Assembly: GCA_041651995.1 (NCBI GenBank)
Contig: JBAZID010000011.1
Span: 22,345-86,344, forward strand
DNA length: 64,000 nt
Reading direction: 5' to 3'
Source of the DNA: Sulfuricella sp.
Lineage (GTDB): Bacteria; Pseudomonadota; Gammaproteobacteria; Burkholderiales; Sulfuricellaceae
Every line of letters starts with the position of its first letter. Position 1 is the stretch's first letter. The position numbers and the translations under genes were made by a program. Below the pieces are notes generated by a model. It saw only the letters and a program-made list of their open reading frames with translations, was not told where the DNA came from and ran no database searches. Of the stretch, positions 16,874-28,070 are shown piece after piece.

Positions 16874-18520
16874 ATGAATTTAGCTCAACTACTCGCCCAA
16901 CATCTTTCCACGCCGGACCGGATTCTCTACAGCCAGTTCGAGGAAGGCGCATGGCGCGATTACTCTGCGGCTGAGGTGGTCCGGTTAGCCGCGCGCTGGC
17001 AGCAGGCGCTGCGCCGGGAAGGTTTGCTGGCCGGTGACCGGGTGGCGCTGTGCCTGAAAAACGGCGTGAACTGGGTGGCGCTGGATATGGCTGCCCTGGG
17101 GCTGGGGCTGGTGGTGGTGCCGCTGTATCTGGATGATAACGCTGAAAACATGGCCTGGTGCCTGCGCGATTCGGGCGCGCGTTTTCTGGTGCTGGAGAAC
17201 GCGCGCCAGTTTCAGGCGCTGCAGGCATGTGCATCCGAATTGCCGCCTGTCGTATGCGTGCTGGATGGGGCGGCAGGTGGCATTGCGCTGGCAAACTGGC
17301 TGCCGCCCGCGGCTACGCCGGATTTCGAGGTTCAGGCGGTTGCACCAGAGGTGCTGGCCACCATTGTTTACACGTCTGGCACTTCCGGCCGTCCGAAAGG
17401 GGTCATGCTCTCGCATGGCAATATTCTGGCAAATGTTTCGGCCTCAAGCGAGGTGGTGCACCTGCATGGTGAAGACAGCCTGCTTTCCTTGTTGCCCCTG
17501 TCGCATATGTTCGAGCGCACTTGCGGCTATTACCTGCCGCTGGCGGCGGGCATCAGAGTGGCCTATGCGCGTGGCATCCAGCAGATCGGCGAGGACCTTG
17601 CTCATCACCGGCCCACGGTGATGATTGCAGTTCCCCGGGTGTTCGAGCGCTTTCTGGCGCGGCTGGAAAAATCGCTATCCGAATCCTTTGTAAAGCGGGT
17701 CCTGTTCCGCCTTACCGTTCATCTCGGCTGGCGCCGTTTCAAGGGCCGGGCCGGCCGGCTGGAAAAAATGCTGTATGCCCTGTTGCACCATATGGTGGCC
17801 AGGCCGGTTCTGATACGCCTGGGCGGGCGCCTGGCCCTTGCCGTGGTGGGCGGGGCAAAGGTGGAGTTGCGCATTGCACGCACGTTCATTGGGCTTGGGC
17901 TCAACATGATTCAAGGTTACGGCCTTACCGAGGCGGCGCCAGTGGTGGCGGCAAATCGTGAATGGGACAATGATCCGGTAACCGTTGGCGCGCCGCTGTC
18001 ACAGGTCGAAACCTGCATCAACGCAGCGGGTGAACTGCTGGTACGCGGACCCTCTGTCATGCTGGGCTACTGGAACAATCCGGAAGAGACAGCAAAAATT
18101 CTTGCTGCCGATGGCTGGCTCAATACCGGCGATCTGGCCGAAATGCAGGATGGCAAGATCATCATCAGGGGGCGCAGCAAGGATATTCTGGTGCTTTCCA
18201 ACGGCGAGAAAGCATCGCCCCAGGATGTGGAAATTGCCATTCTTGATGATCCGCTGTTTGAGCAGGTGATGCTGGTTGGCGAAGGGAAACCTTTCTTTTC
18301 CTTGCTGGCCGTTACCCAGGAGGAGGATGAGAAAATTCTCGTCCGGCGCGCCAACGCCCGATTGAAAGCCTTTCCCCGCTACGTGAGAGTGCGCCGTGTG
18401 ATTGCTGTCAAGGAGCCATGGACGATAGAGAACGGGCTTCTCACGCCGACCCAGAAAGTCCGGCGCAGCGCGGTAGAGGCGCGCTACGGGGAGCTAATCA
18501 AGCAGCTCTATCAGACCTGA
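16874..18520 (+). CDS. Long-chain fatty acid-CoA ligase (AMP-dependent synthetase)
   Basis: YTSGTSGRPKG, QGYGLTEA, TGDL, GRSKD; ATG 16874 preferred over the ORF-track start. Confidence 0.9.
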   Translation: MNLAQLLAQHLSTPDRILYSQFEEGAWRDYSAAEVVRLAARWQQALRREGLLAGDRVALCLKNGVNWVALDMAALGLGLVVVPLYLDDNAENMAWCLRDSGARFLVLENARQFQALQACASELPPVVCVLDGAAGGIALANWLPPAATPDFEVQAVAPEVLATIVYTSGTSGRPKGVMLSHGNILANVSASSEVVHLHGEDSLLSLLPLSHMFERTCGYYLPLAAGIRVAYARGIQQIGEDLAHHRPTVMIAVPRVFERFLARLEKSLSESFVKRVLFRLTVHLGWRRFKGRAGRLEKMLYALLHHMVARPVLIRLGGRLALAVVGGAKVELRIARTFIGLGLNMIQGYGLTEAAPVVAANREWDNDPVTVGAPLSQVETCINAAGELLVRGPSVMLGYWNNPEETAKILAADGWLNTGDLAEMQDGKIIIRGRSKDILVLSNGEKASPQDVEIAILDDPLFEQVMLVGEGKPFFSLLAVTQEEDEKILVRRANARLKAFPRYVRVRRVIAVKEPWTIENGLLTPTQKVRRSAVEARYGELIKQLYQT

Positions 18521-18550
18521 CAAGCACGGGTGGCGGAATCCGTTCGTTAA

Positions 18551-18675
18551 ACCCGGATTGTCCATTGGAATGCTTGTGCATGTAGGAGCGGCGCCCTCGC
18601 CGCGAATGCAATCGCAAATCGCGGCGAGGGCGCCGCTCCTACAGCAATGTTTTGACTTAAATGGATTGTCTCGGT
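18551..18675. mobile_element. Family B element with a perfect 24-bp REP inverted doublet; TAA target duplication
   Basis: TAA(18548-50)|ACCCGGATTGTCCATT...GTAGGAGCGGCGCCCTCGCCGCGA/TCGCGGCGAGGGCGCCGCTCCTAC...|TAA(18676-78). Confidence 0.8.
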
Positions 18676-19085
18676 TAAAACGGCTTGACCACCACCAGAA
18701 TCACCGATGCGCTCAGTATCAGCACGGGTAATTCGTTGAACCAGCGGTAGAAGACATGGCTGCGGCGATTGCGCTGCCGGGCAAAATCCTCCACCAGCTT
18801 GCCGCAGTAGAGGTGGTAAATGATCAGAACCACCACCAGCGCCAGCTTGGCATACAGCCAGCCGCCACTGAATCCATAACCCAGCCACAGCCAGGTGCCG
18901 AGTGTCAGCGCCAGAATGGCCAGCGGGGTCATGAAGCGGTACAGCTTGCGCTCCATCAGGGTCAGGCGCTCTGCTGTTGCGGCATCCACGTCCATGGCGT
19001 GATTCACGAACAGCCTGGGAAGATAGAACAGTCCGGCAAACCAGGAAACAATAAAAATGATGTGGAAGGCTTTAATCCAGAGCAT
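18675..19085 (-). CDS. hemJ: Protoporphyrinogen oxidase HemJ
   Basis: KAFHIIFIVSWFAGLFYLPRLFVNH, MERKLY, FNELP. Confidence 0.93.
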   Translation of the reverse strand: MLWIKAFHIIFIVSWFAGLFYLPRLFVNHAMDVDAATAERLTLMERKLYRFMTPLAILALTLGTWLWLGYGFSGGWLYAKLALVVVLIIYHLYCGKLVEDFARQRNRRSHVFYRWFNELPVLILSASVILVVVKPF

Positions 19086-19252
19086 GGGGGGTATGCGCTT
19101 GTGCGGTAAGATGGGGGCAAATTATACGCCCTGATGGTTTACATGTTCCAAACCCGCCTCTTGATTATTGAATCCGACTTGCTGACAGCTCTGGCAGTGC
19201 CGCTGCCATCATTCGTGCTGATGCCTGATTCCTGCCTCAAGCAGGTTTTGTT

Positions 19253-19786
19253 GTGAAAAGTTGGCGTACATTTTTCACGGCCAGAAAATGGCGCCCGGAT
19301 GTCTGGACCCTGTTGCTGCTCGGTGCCATTGTTTACGTGTGGTTTCGGCCACCGGCCTGGGTCAGCGATCTCGATCAGCCGGTCCCCGCACTGCAGGTCC
19401 ATTTGCTGGACGGAAGCGTGGCGAGCATGGAGCATTTGCGCGGCAAGGTGGTGCTGGTGAATTTCTGGGCAACCTGGTGTCCATATTGCCGCCATGAAAT
19501 GCCGGCGATGGAGGCGTTCTATCTTGATTATCGTGCTCAGGGGTTCGAGATCCTGGCTTTGAGCCAGGATGATGATGCGGCCACAGTGGCTGATTTCATG
19601 GCCAGAGAGAACTATCACTTCCCGGTGGCGATGGGGGATGCGTCAAGCGCCGCGGCATTTGGCGGGGTGAGCCGTCTGCCGACATCTTTCGTGATCGACA
19701 AACGGGGCGTGGTGCGTCACAAGGTCAGCGGCCAGGTTCATTATGCCCGGCTCAAGGCGCTGGTCGAACCCTTGCTGGCAGAGTGA
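19253..19786 (+). CDS. TlpA-like thiol-disulfide reductase
   Basis: N-terminal anchor, VNFWATWCPYC. Confidence 0.9.
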   Translation: MKSWRTFFTARKWRPDVWTLLLLGAIVYVWFRPPAWVSDLDQPVPALQVHLLDGSVASMEHLRGKVVLVNFWATWCPYCRHEMPAMEAFYLDYRAQGFEILALSQDDDAATVADFMARENYHFPVAMGDASSAAAFGGVSRLPTSFVIDKRGVVRHKVSGQVHYARLKALVEPLLAE

Positions 19787-19796
19787 CTATTGATAT

Positions 19797-20336
19797 TCAG
19801 GGCTTGTTGCCCGAGCGCAGGTTTTCCAGACTCTTTTCCATTTCGCGTTTGTAGAAAATAAAGTCTATCTGCGGGGCTGGCGCGCCAAGGCGCACAATCA
19901 CGGCGGTGATCTGGCCGCGCAGGTGGGCGGCGTGGGTCATGATGTGGGTGAGCGCATCGCGTACCCAGATCTGTTGGGGTTGGCCCTGCGTGTTGATATA
20001 GCTTATCTGCTCGTCAAAGAAGTCTTCCGGCTGTGCTTCCAGCCAGCGTTGCATTTCACGTAACTCGAGCCGGAGCGCGTTCTTGAGTTCTTTCCAGTCA
20101 GCCACATAAAGCTCTTCCCGGCCTGTGTCCAGGCTGCCGCCCTTGAGACGCAGCATCCAGTTGCGTGTCACCAGCAGGATGTGGTTGAGGGTTTTGTGGA
20201 TGTTTTCGTACATCATGCCCTGATTTCCCTGGCGCGCTGCTTCGTCGAGTACGTCTACTGTCGCGAACAGGGCGTCGTTGGCCCAGTGCTGGTAATCGGC
20301 CTGGTAAACGAAATGCTTTTTCAACGTGGTCATCAT
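19797..20336 (-). CDS. DinB/YfiT family protein
   Basis: YQHWAN, TLNHIL, HIMTHAAHLRGQ. Confidence 0.85.
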   Translation of the reverse strand: MMTTLKKHFVYQADYQHWANDALFATVDVLDEAARQGNQGMMYENIHKTLNHILLVTRNWMLRLKGGSLDTGREELYVADWKELKNALRLELREMQRWLEAQPEDFFDEQISYINTQGQPQQIWVRDALTHIMTHAAHLRGQITAVIVRLGAPAPQIDFIFYKREMEKSLENLRSGNKP

Positions 20337-20388
20337 GTGGCTTCTCCTGATTGGGCTTCCAGTCGCGTCAAACACGATCCGCGTTTGA

Positions 20389-20891
20389 CTAATCAGAGGC
20401 TCCTAGCTGTTGTTCCAGTAGCGCGTGCAGTTTGACAAAATCCAGCTCACCCAGGGTTTGCTGGAGGATATGCCCATCCTTCCCGATAAGGAAGGTGGTA
20501 GGCGTGAGTTTAACCTGATTGAAGGCATGAGCCGCCTTGCCGTCTGTATCCAGCACAATGCTGAAAGGCAGGGCATTCCGGCGGGTGTAATTGCGCACAT
20601 ATTCCGGCGGATCGTAACTCATTGCCACAGCGATCACCTCCAGTCCGCGCTTGTTGTACTGGCGCCAGGTTTCAACCAGTTGAGGCATTTCCTTGATACA
20701 TCCGGGGCAGCTGGTGGCCCAGAAGTTGACCAGTACCACCTTGCCGCGCAAGCTGTCGAGGGATATCTGCTGGCCTTCCAGTGTGGTCAGGGAAAGGGAT
20801 GGCGCTGCCGGCTTCTGGGTCAGAGTGAGTGCTAACCACGCCAGCAGTGCCAAGATGCTGATGGTGATTAGAATGGGTTTCCTGGCCTGCA

Positions 20892-20892
<1 letters not shown>
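20389..20892 (-). CDS. TlpA-like thiol-disulfide reductase
   Basis: VNFWATSCPGC; ATG at 20892 overlaps the murU stop. Confidence 0.9.
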
Positions 20893-22558
<1,666 letters not shown>

Positions 22559-22623
22559 TTGTGGATTTGCTTAATTCGTGAAATTGTGCGATTTTAGCAC
22601 CTCTTCGAAGCACTCCAATAATA

Positions 22624-24840
22624 ATGCGCACGCGCCTCCCTATTACCGTCATTGCCCTGCTGACCGTGCCTGTCGCACTTCATGCCGAAGACGGCGCACT
22701 TGAGTTGCGTCAGCAAACCACGCTCATTTCAGTCTTTCCGCAAGAAGAGCAGACGCCGGTCTTTCTTGATGCCGACCGCATGTCGGGGCAGCAGGATGTC
22801 GAGATCGAGGCGGAGGGCGAGGTTGAACTGCGCAAGCGGGGGCAGGTGGTGAATGCCGATCGCCTGACCTACCGCCAGGCGGACGACGAAGTTCATGCCC
22901 TGGGCAATGTGAGCATCGAACAGGAAGATTCGCTGGTGACCGGGCCGGAGCTCAGGATGAAGCTGGGTACGCACCAGGGTTACATGCGTCAGCCGGTTTA
23001 TCAAATGACACAGCCTGATGCGCACGGAGCAGCCGGTAACCTGGAATTCGCCGGGAAAAACAAATACAACATTACGGATGGAACCTACACCACTTGCAGC
23101 CCGGATAATAATGACTGGTTCATGCGCAGCAACACCATGGAACTGGACCGCACTGTCCAGGTAGGAACGGCTTACCATGCCAGCGTGGTGTTCAAGGGCG
23201 TACCGATCCTCTATACGCCGTGGATGGAGTTTCCGCTCGACAATCAACGCAAGTCGGGTTTTTTGCCGCCCACTTTTGGCAGCAGCGACAAAAGCGGCGC
23301 CATGTTTTCTCTCCCTTATTACTGGAATATTGCACCCGGGCGGGATGCCACGCTGACGCCGCGCATTCTGAGCAGGCGCGGTCTGCAACTGCGCGGCGAG
23401 TACCGTTATCTGGATCAGCGCTATGCGGGCATAAGCAATCTCGAATTTCTGCCCAATGACAGCCTGAGCGGAACCGATCGTTACAATCTGTTGCTCAATC
23501 ACCAGCAGTCGCTGGGCGCGGGCTGGTCGGGCGCGCTGAATATACAGAAGGTTTCGGACGACAATTATTTTCGCGACCTGAATAGTACGATCGCCACAAC
23601 TTCCCAGGTCAACCTGCCGCGTGAGGGCACGCTGGCTTACAACGGTTATGGCCTGAGCTTCCTGACGCGGGTGCAGAGCTTCCAGACCCTGCAGGATCCG
23701 GAGGCGCCCATTACCCCGCCATACAGCCGCTTGCCGCAGATGCTGCTCAATGGTGTGTGGCGGAATTTTCCCGCAGTGGATCTGGGCCTGGCCAGCGAGT
23801 GGACGGATTTTAGCCATCCCACGCTGCTCAATGGCCAACGTTTTTCCTTCTATCCCAGCATCAGCCTGCCCTTGAATCAGAGCTTTGCCTTTGTCACACC
23901 CAAGATCGGGGTGCACCATACCCGCTATACGCTGACGGAAAACAATCCCGGTGGCGTGTCGGACCTGACCCGTACCCTGCCCATCCTCAGCCTTGATAGC
24001 GGACTTTTCATGGAACGGGATTGGGCTTTGCGCGGCAACGAATATTTGCAGACCCTGGAACCTCGGCTGTACTACCTTTACGTCCCCTATCAGGATCAAA
24101 GCCAGCTACCCAATTTCGACTCGGCGCTGGCGGATTTCAACTACGCGCAGATATTTTCGGAAAACCAGTTTATCGGCGGCGACCGGATCAATGACGCAAA
24201 CCAGCTGACCGCCGCGCTGACATCCCGCCTGCTCGACCCGGCCTCCGGCCAGGAATGGATGCGCGCAACCATCGGCCAGCGCTATTACTTCAATGATCAG
24301 CAGGTGGTTTTGCCGGGCGGGGTCGCGCGCAGTGACAAGTCTTCCGATATCCTGGCCGCATTCAGCGGCCGGGTGACGCAAACCTGGAGCGTGGATACCG
24401 GGTTGCAGTACAACACTGGCCGGCAGCAATTCGAGAAGAGCAATATCGGCGTGCGCTACCAGCCTGAAGTGGGCAAGGTGCTTAATCTGGGCTACCGCTT
24501 TACCCGCGATGCGCTGGAGCAGGTGGATATTTCCTCCCAATGGCCAATACATGGCCGCTGGCATGGAGTGGGACGCTTAAATTTTTCCTTCCTCGACAAC
24601 CGGCTTCTGGAGGGGCTGGCCGGGCTTGAATATAATGGCGGTTGCTGGGCGGCACGCGCGGTGATACACCAGTTTGCCACCGCCACTTCGGAGACCAGCA
24701 ATTCGATTTTGTTCCAGCTTGAGTTGTTCGGCATGGGCAAAATCGGCTCCAATCCACTGGATATACTGAAACGGAACATTTCCGGATTTTCTCCGGCCCA
24801 TCAACTTTCTTCACCGGCCACAACTTATGAACAGTACTAG
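22624..24840 (+). CDS. lptD: LPS assembly protein LptD
   Basis: YTTCSP, RKSGFLPP, PYYWNIAP, DRINDANQLT. Confidence 0.96.
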   Translation: MRTRLPITVIALLTVPVALHAEDGALELRQQTTLISVFPQEEQTPVFLDADRMSGQQDVEIEAEGEVELRKRGQVVNADRLTYRQADDEVHALGNVSIEQEDSLVTGPELRMKLGTHQGYMRQPVYQMTQPDAHGAAGNLEFAGKNKYNITDGTYTTCSPDNNDWFMRSNTMELDRTVQVGTAYHASVVFKGVPILYTPWMEFPLDNQRKSGFLPPTFGSSDKSGAMFSLPYYWNIAPGRDATLTPRILSRRGLQLRGEYRYLDQRYAGISNLEFLPNDSLSGTDRYNLLLNHQQSLGAGWSGALNIQKVSDDNYFRDLNSTIATTSQVNLPREGTLAYNGYGLSFLTRVQSFQTLQDPEAPITPPYSRLPQMLLNGVWRNFPAVDLGLASEWTDFSHPTLLNGQRFSFYPSISLPLNQSFAFVTPKIGVHHTRYTLTENNPGGVSDLTRTLPILSLDSGLFMERDWALRGNEYLQTLEPRLYYLYVPYQDQSQLPNFDSALADFNYAQIFSENQFIGGDRINDANQLTAALTSRLLDPASGQEWMRATIGQRYYFNDQQVVLPGGVARSDKSSDILAAFSGRVTQTWSVDTGLQYNTGRQQFEKSNIGVRYQPEVGKVLNLGYRFTRDALEQVDISSQWPIHGRWHGVGRLNFSFLDNRLLEGLAGLEYNGGCWAARAVIHQFATATSETSNSILFQLELFGMGKIGSNPLDILKRNISGFSPAHQLSSPATTYEQY

Positions 24841-26149
24841 AAAACAGCTGCTTTCCATCTATTTTGGCGTTTCCCTGCTGGGGGCCAGTGCGCTTTCCCC
24901 CGCCGCGGACACCGTGTCCGCCAGGGTGACCACGCTCGACCGCATCGTGGCGGTAGTGAACAGTGATGTCGTTACCCAGCTTGAACTCAATGAGCGTTTG
25001 CGCATGGTGACCCAACAGTTGCAGAAACAGGGGACGCCCCTGCCGCCGCGGGAAGTGCTGGAAAAGCAACTGCTGGAACGCGTCATCATGGAACGCGTAC
25101 AGTTGCAGTTCGCGCAGGAGACCGGGGTCAAGGTGGACGACGCGCAACTCGAAACCGCCTTGCAGCGTATCGCGCAGGAGAATCGGCTCAGCCAGGAGCA
25201 GTTTCGCGCTGCCCTGGAAAAGGATGGCGTGGATTTCGGCAAATTCCGCGAGGAAATCCGCAAGGAAATCACCATGGCGCGCTTGCGGGAACGGGAGGTG
25301 GATAACCGCATCGCAGTAAGCGATGGGGAAGTGGAAAACTACCTGAGCTCGCGCAGCGAAGCATTGGGCGGAGGCAACGAGTTCAACCTGGCGCACATCC
25401 TGATCCGGGTGCCGGAACAGGCAAGCCCGGAACAGTTGCAGAAATACAAGGCAAAGGCGCAGCAGGCGCAGGATGAGCTGCGGGCAGGCAAGGATTTCAG
25501 GCAGGTTGCCGCCAGCTACTCCGATGCGGCCGATGCGATTCAGGGTGGCGTCCTCGGCTGGCGTCCTGCCGGCCAGTTGCCCGCCCTGTTCGTGGAGGCG
25601 CTGGAGGCGCTGAAAACCGGCGATAGCAGCCAGGTGCTGCGCAGCCCGAACGGTTTTCATATTCTGAAGCTACTCGACAAGCGCGGCAAGGATGCGCCTT
25701 TCGTGGTGCAGCAGACCCGCGCCCGCCATATTCTGATCAAGGTAAATGAAGTCATGTCCGAGCTGGACGCCAAAAATCGCGCCCTGCAAATCAGGGAGCG
25801 CGTGGACAATGGAGCCGATTTTGCCGAACAGGCGCGGCTTCACTCCGAAGATGGATCGGCCAGTCGTGGCGGCGACTTGAACTGGTTATCTCCCGGCGAT
25901 ACGGTGCCGGAGTTCGAGAAGGCCATGAATGCCCTCAAGCTGGGTGCTTTGTCCGAGCCGGTGCGTTCTCCTTTCGGCTGGCATCTGATTCAGGTGCAGG
26001 AACGCCGCGACGAAGATGTCAGCAAGGAGCGCAAACGCCTGCAGGCTCGCCAGGAAATTCGCGCCCGCAAGGCCGATGAGGCCTATCAGGAATGGCTGCG
26101 CCAGTTGCGTGACCGGGCTTATGTCGAGTACCGGCTGGAAGAGAAATAA
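24827..26149 (+). CDS. surA: Periplasmic chaperone/PPIase SurA
   Basis: LDRIVAVVN, two parvulin domains ([19 protein letters not shown]). Confidence 0.96.
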   Translation: MNSTRKQLLSIYFGVSLLGASALSPAADTVSARVTTLDRIVAVVNSDVVTQLELNERLRMVTQQLQKQGTPLPPREVLEKQLLERVIMERVQLQFAQETGVKVDDAQLETALQRIAQENRLSQEQFRAALEKDGVDFGKFREEIRKEITMARLREREVDNRIAVSDGEVENYLSSRSEALGGGNEFNLAHILIRVPEQASPEQLQKYKAKAQQAQDELRAGKDFRQVAASYSDAADAIQGGVLGWRPAGQLPALFVEALEALKTGDSSQVLRSPNGFHILKLLDKRGKDAPFVVQQTRARHILIKVNEVMSELDAKNRALQIRERVDNGADFAEQARLHSEDGSASRGGDLNWLSPGDTVPEFEKAMNALKLGALSEPVRSPFGWHLIQVQERRDEDVSKERKRLQARQEIRARKADEAYQEWLRQLRDRAYVEYRLEEK

Positions 26150-26172
26150 AGACATTCCGGGCAACCCGAACA

Positions 26173-27300
26173 TTGGCCACAAACCCACCGATTATTGCAC
26201 TCACAGCAGGCGAACCCGCCGGGATTGGCCCGGATCTGTGCGTGCTGCTCGCCCAGCAGCATGTACCGATGCGGGTGATCGTGCTGGCGGACAAAGCCCT
26301 GCTGGCATCCCGTGCCAAGGCGCTCAAATTGCCACTGGCCATCATGGATTATGCGCCGTTCGCCGACCAGGCCGCTCCGTCCGGCGTACTCGAGGTGATG
26401 CATGTCCCCATGGCTGCGCCAGTCCAGCCCGGTAAACTTGATCCGGCCAACAGCGCCTATGTCCTGGAGACCCTGCGCCTGGCGGTGGAGGGATGCCTGA
26501 ACGGCTCTTTCGATGCCATGGTGACCGCACCGGTGCATAAGGGCGTGATCAACGATGCGGGCATCCCTTTTACCGGGCATACCGAGTTTCTGGCTGAAAA
26601 AACCGGCACGTCACGGGTGGTGATGATGCTGGCGGGCGGGACGCCTGCGAGCAGCGAGCAGGGCCCCGCGCAGCGGGATGTGAGCGTCCGCGAGTATGGC
26701 TCGGCACCGCCGGACGCAGGCGTTGCAGCCGCCTCCGGGGTCGCATCCCCACTTCGTGTGGCCCCTGCTCTGCCCTGCGGCGGTGCGATGCGCGTCGCCT
26801 TGGCGACAACGCACTTGCCGCTCCGGGCCGTTGCCGGCGCCATTACGCGGGAAAGCCTGGCCGAGGTCATTCGCATCCTGCATCACGATCTCATTACCCG
26901 CTTCGGCATTGCCCGCCCGCGCATCCTGGTGGCGGGCCTCAATCCGCATGCCGGAGAAGGCGGACATCTCGGGCGCGAGGAAATCGAGGTCATTTCTCCC
27001 GTGCTGGAAGCCTTGCGCGCAGAGGGGATGGACCTGCGCGGTCCATTGCCGGCAGATACCCTGTTTGCCCCCCGCATGCTGGCCGAATGCGACTGCGTGC
27101 TGGCGATGTACCATGACCAGGGCCTGCCGGTGCTCAAGCACGCCAGCTTTGGCGGCGGCGTGAATGTGACGCTGGGTCTGCCCATCATCCGCACTTCGGT
27201 GGATCATGGCACGGCGCTGGACCTGGCCGGCAGCGGCAAGGCCGATCTGGGCAGCCTGCTGGCGGCGCTGGATATGGCAAGTGCGATGGTGCGGCAATGA
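26173..27300 (+). CDS. pdxA: 4-hydroxythreonine-4-phosphate dehydrogenase with a 48-aa in-frame insertion
   Basis: [42 protein letters not shown]. Confidence 0.95.
   Translation: MATNPPIIALTAGEPAGIGPDLCVLLAQQHVPMRVIVLADKALLASRAKALKLPLAIMDYAPFADQAAPSGVLEVMHVPMAAPVQPGKLDPANSAYVLETLRLAVEGCLNGSFDAMVTAPVHKGVINDAGIPFTGHTEFLAEKTGTSRVVMMLAGGTPASSEQGPAQRDVSVREYGSAPPDAGVAAASGVASPLRVAPALPCGGAMRVALATTHLPLRAVAGAITRESLAEVIRILHHDLITRFGIARPRILVAGLNPHAGEGGHLGREEIEVISPVLEALRAEGMDLRGPLPADTLFAPRMLAECDCVLAMYHDQGLPVLKHASFGGGVNVTLGLPIIRTSVDHGTALDLAGSGKADLGSLLAALDMASAMVRQ
26635..26783. mobile_element. 144-bp palindromic insertion in pdxA flanked by a GGCGG direct repeat
   Basis: GGCGG at 26635-39 and 26779-83, 144 bp apart; nested inverted arms. 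Confidence 0.8.
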
Positions 27301-28070
27301 AGCATATCCCCAGAAAACGTTTTGGCCAGAATTTCCTGATCGACCGCCAGGTCATTGCCGATATCGTCGCGCTCATCCGGCCCCAGCCTGATGACATGAT
27401 GGTGGAAATCGGGCCCGGTCTGGGAGCGATCACGCAGCCGCTGCTCAAGACCTTGCGCCACTTGCACGTGGTGGAAATCGACCGTGACATCGTGGCGCGG
27501 CTGCATCGGGAATATGCGCCCGAACGTCTGACGGTGCATGCCTGCGATGCGCTCAAGTTCGACTTTGGCAGCCTGGGCGGCGGGCTGCGTGTGGCCGGCA
27601 ACCTGCCCTACAACATTTCGACACCGCTCCTGTTCCATCTGGCTGACCATGTATCCTTAATTCGCGACCTTCACTTCATGCTGCAGAAGGAAGTGGTCGA
27701 GCGCATGGTGGCGGAACCGTCCACGTCTGCCTATGGCCGTCTGTCGGTGATGCTGCAATATTATTTTGCCATGGAAAATTTGCTGCACGTGCCGCCGCAG
27801 GCCTTTTCACCCGCGCCCAAGGTGGATTCGGCGGTGGTACGCATGATTCCATGGAGCGAGCGGCCATTTCCGGTTTGCGATGCAAGCCTGCTGGGGCAGG
27901 TTGTCACTGCGGCATTCTCCATGCGGCGCAAGACGCTGAAAAATACGCTGCACACTTATTTGAAGCCAGCCGATTTCGAGCAGTTAGGCATTGCCCCGGG
28001 GTTGCGAGCCGAGAATCTGGGCGTGCAGGATTATGTGCGAATCGTGAATCACCTGGACCGGAAGGCATGA
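27297..28070 (+). CDS. rsmA: 16S rRNA dimethyltransferase
   Basis: [24 protein letters not shown]. Confidence 0.97.
   Translation: MKHIPRKRFGQNFLIDRQVIADIVALIRPQPDDMMVEIGPGLGAITQPLLKTLRHLHVVEIDRDIVARLHREYAPERLTVHACDALKFDFGSLGGGLRVAGNLPYNISTPLLFHLADHVSLIRDLHFMLQKEVVERMVAEPSTSAYGRLSVMLQYYFAMENLLHVPPQAFSPAPKVDSAVVRMIPWSERPFPVCDASLLGQVVTAAFSMRRKTLKNTLHTYLKPADFEQLGIAPGLRAENLGVQDYVRIVNHLDRKA

Noticed and set aside
19900-19945. DinB metal triad variant (HAAHL rather than HxxHH)
   Set aside because: A neighbouring His could substitute and the family is variable; it cannot be judged without an alignment.
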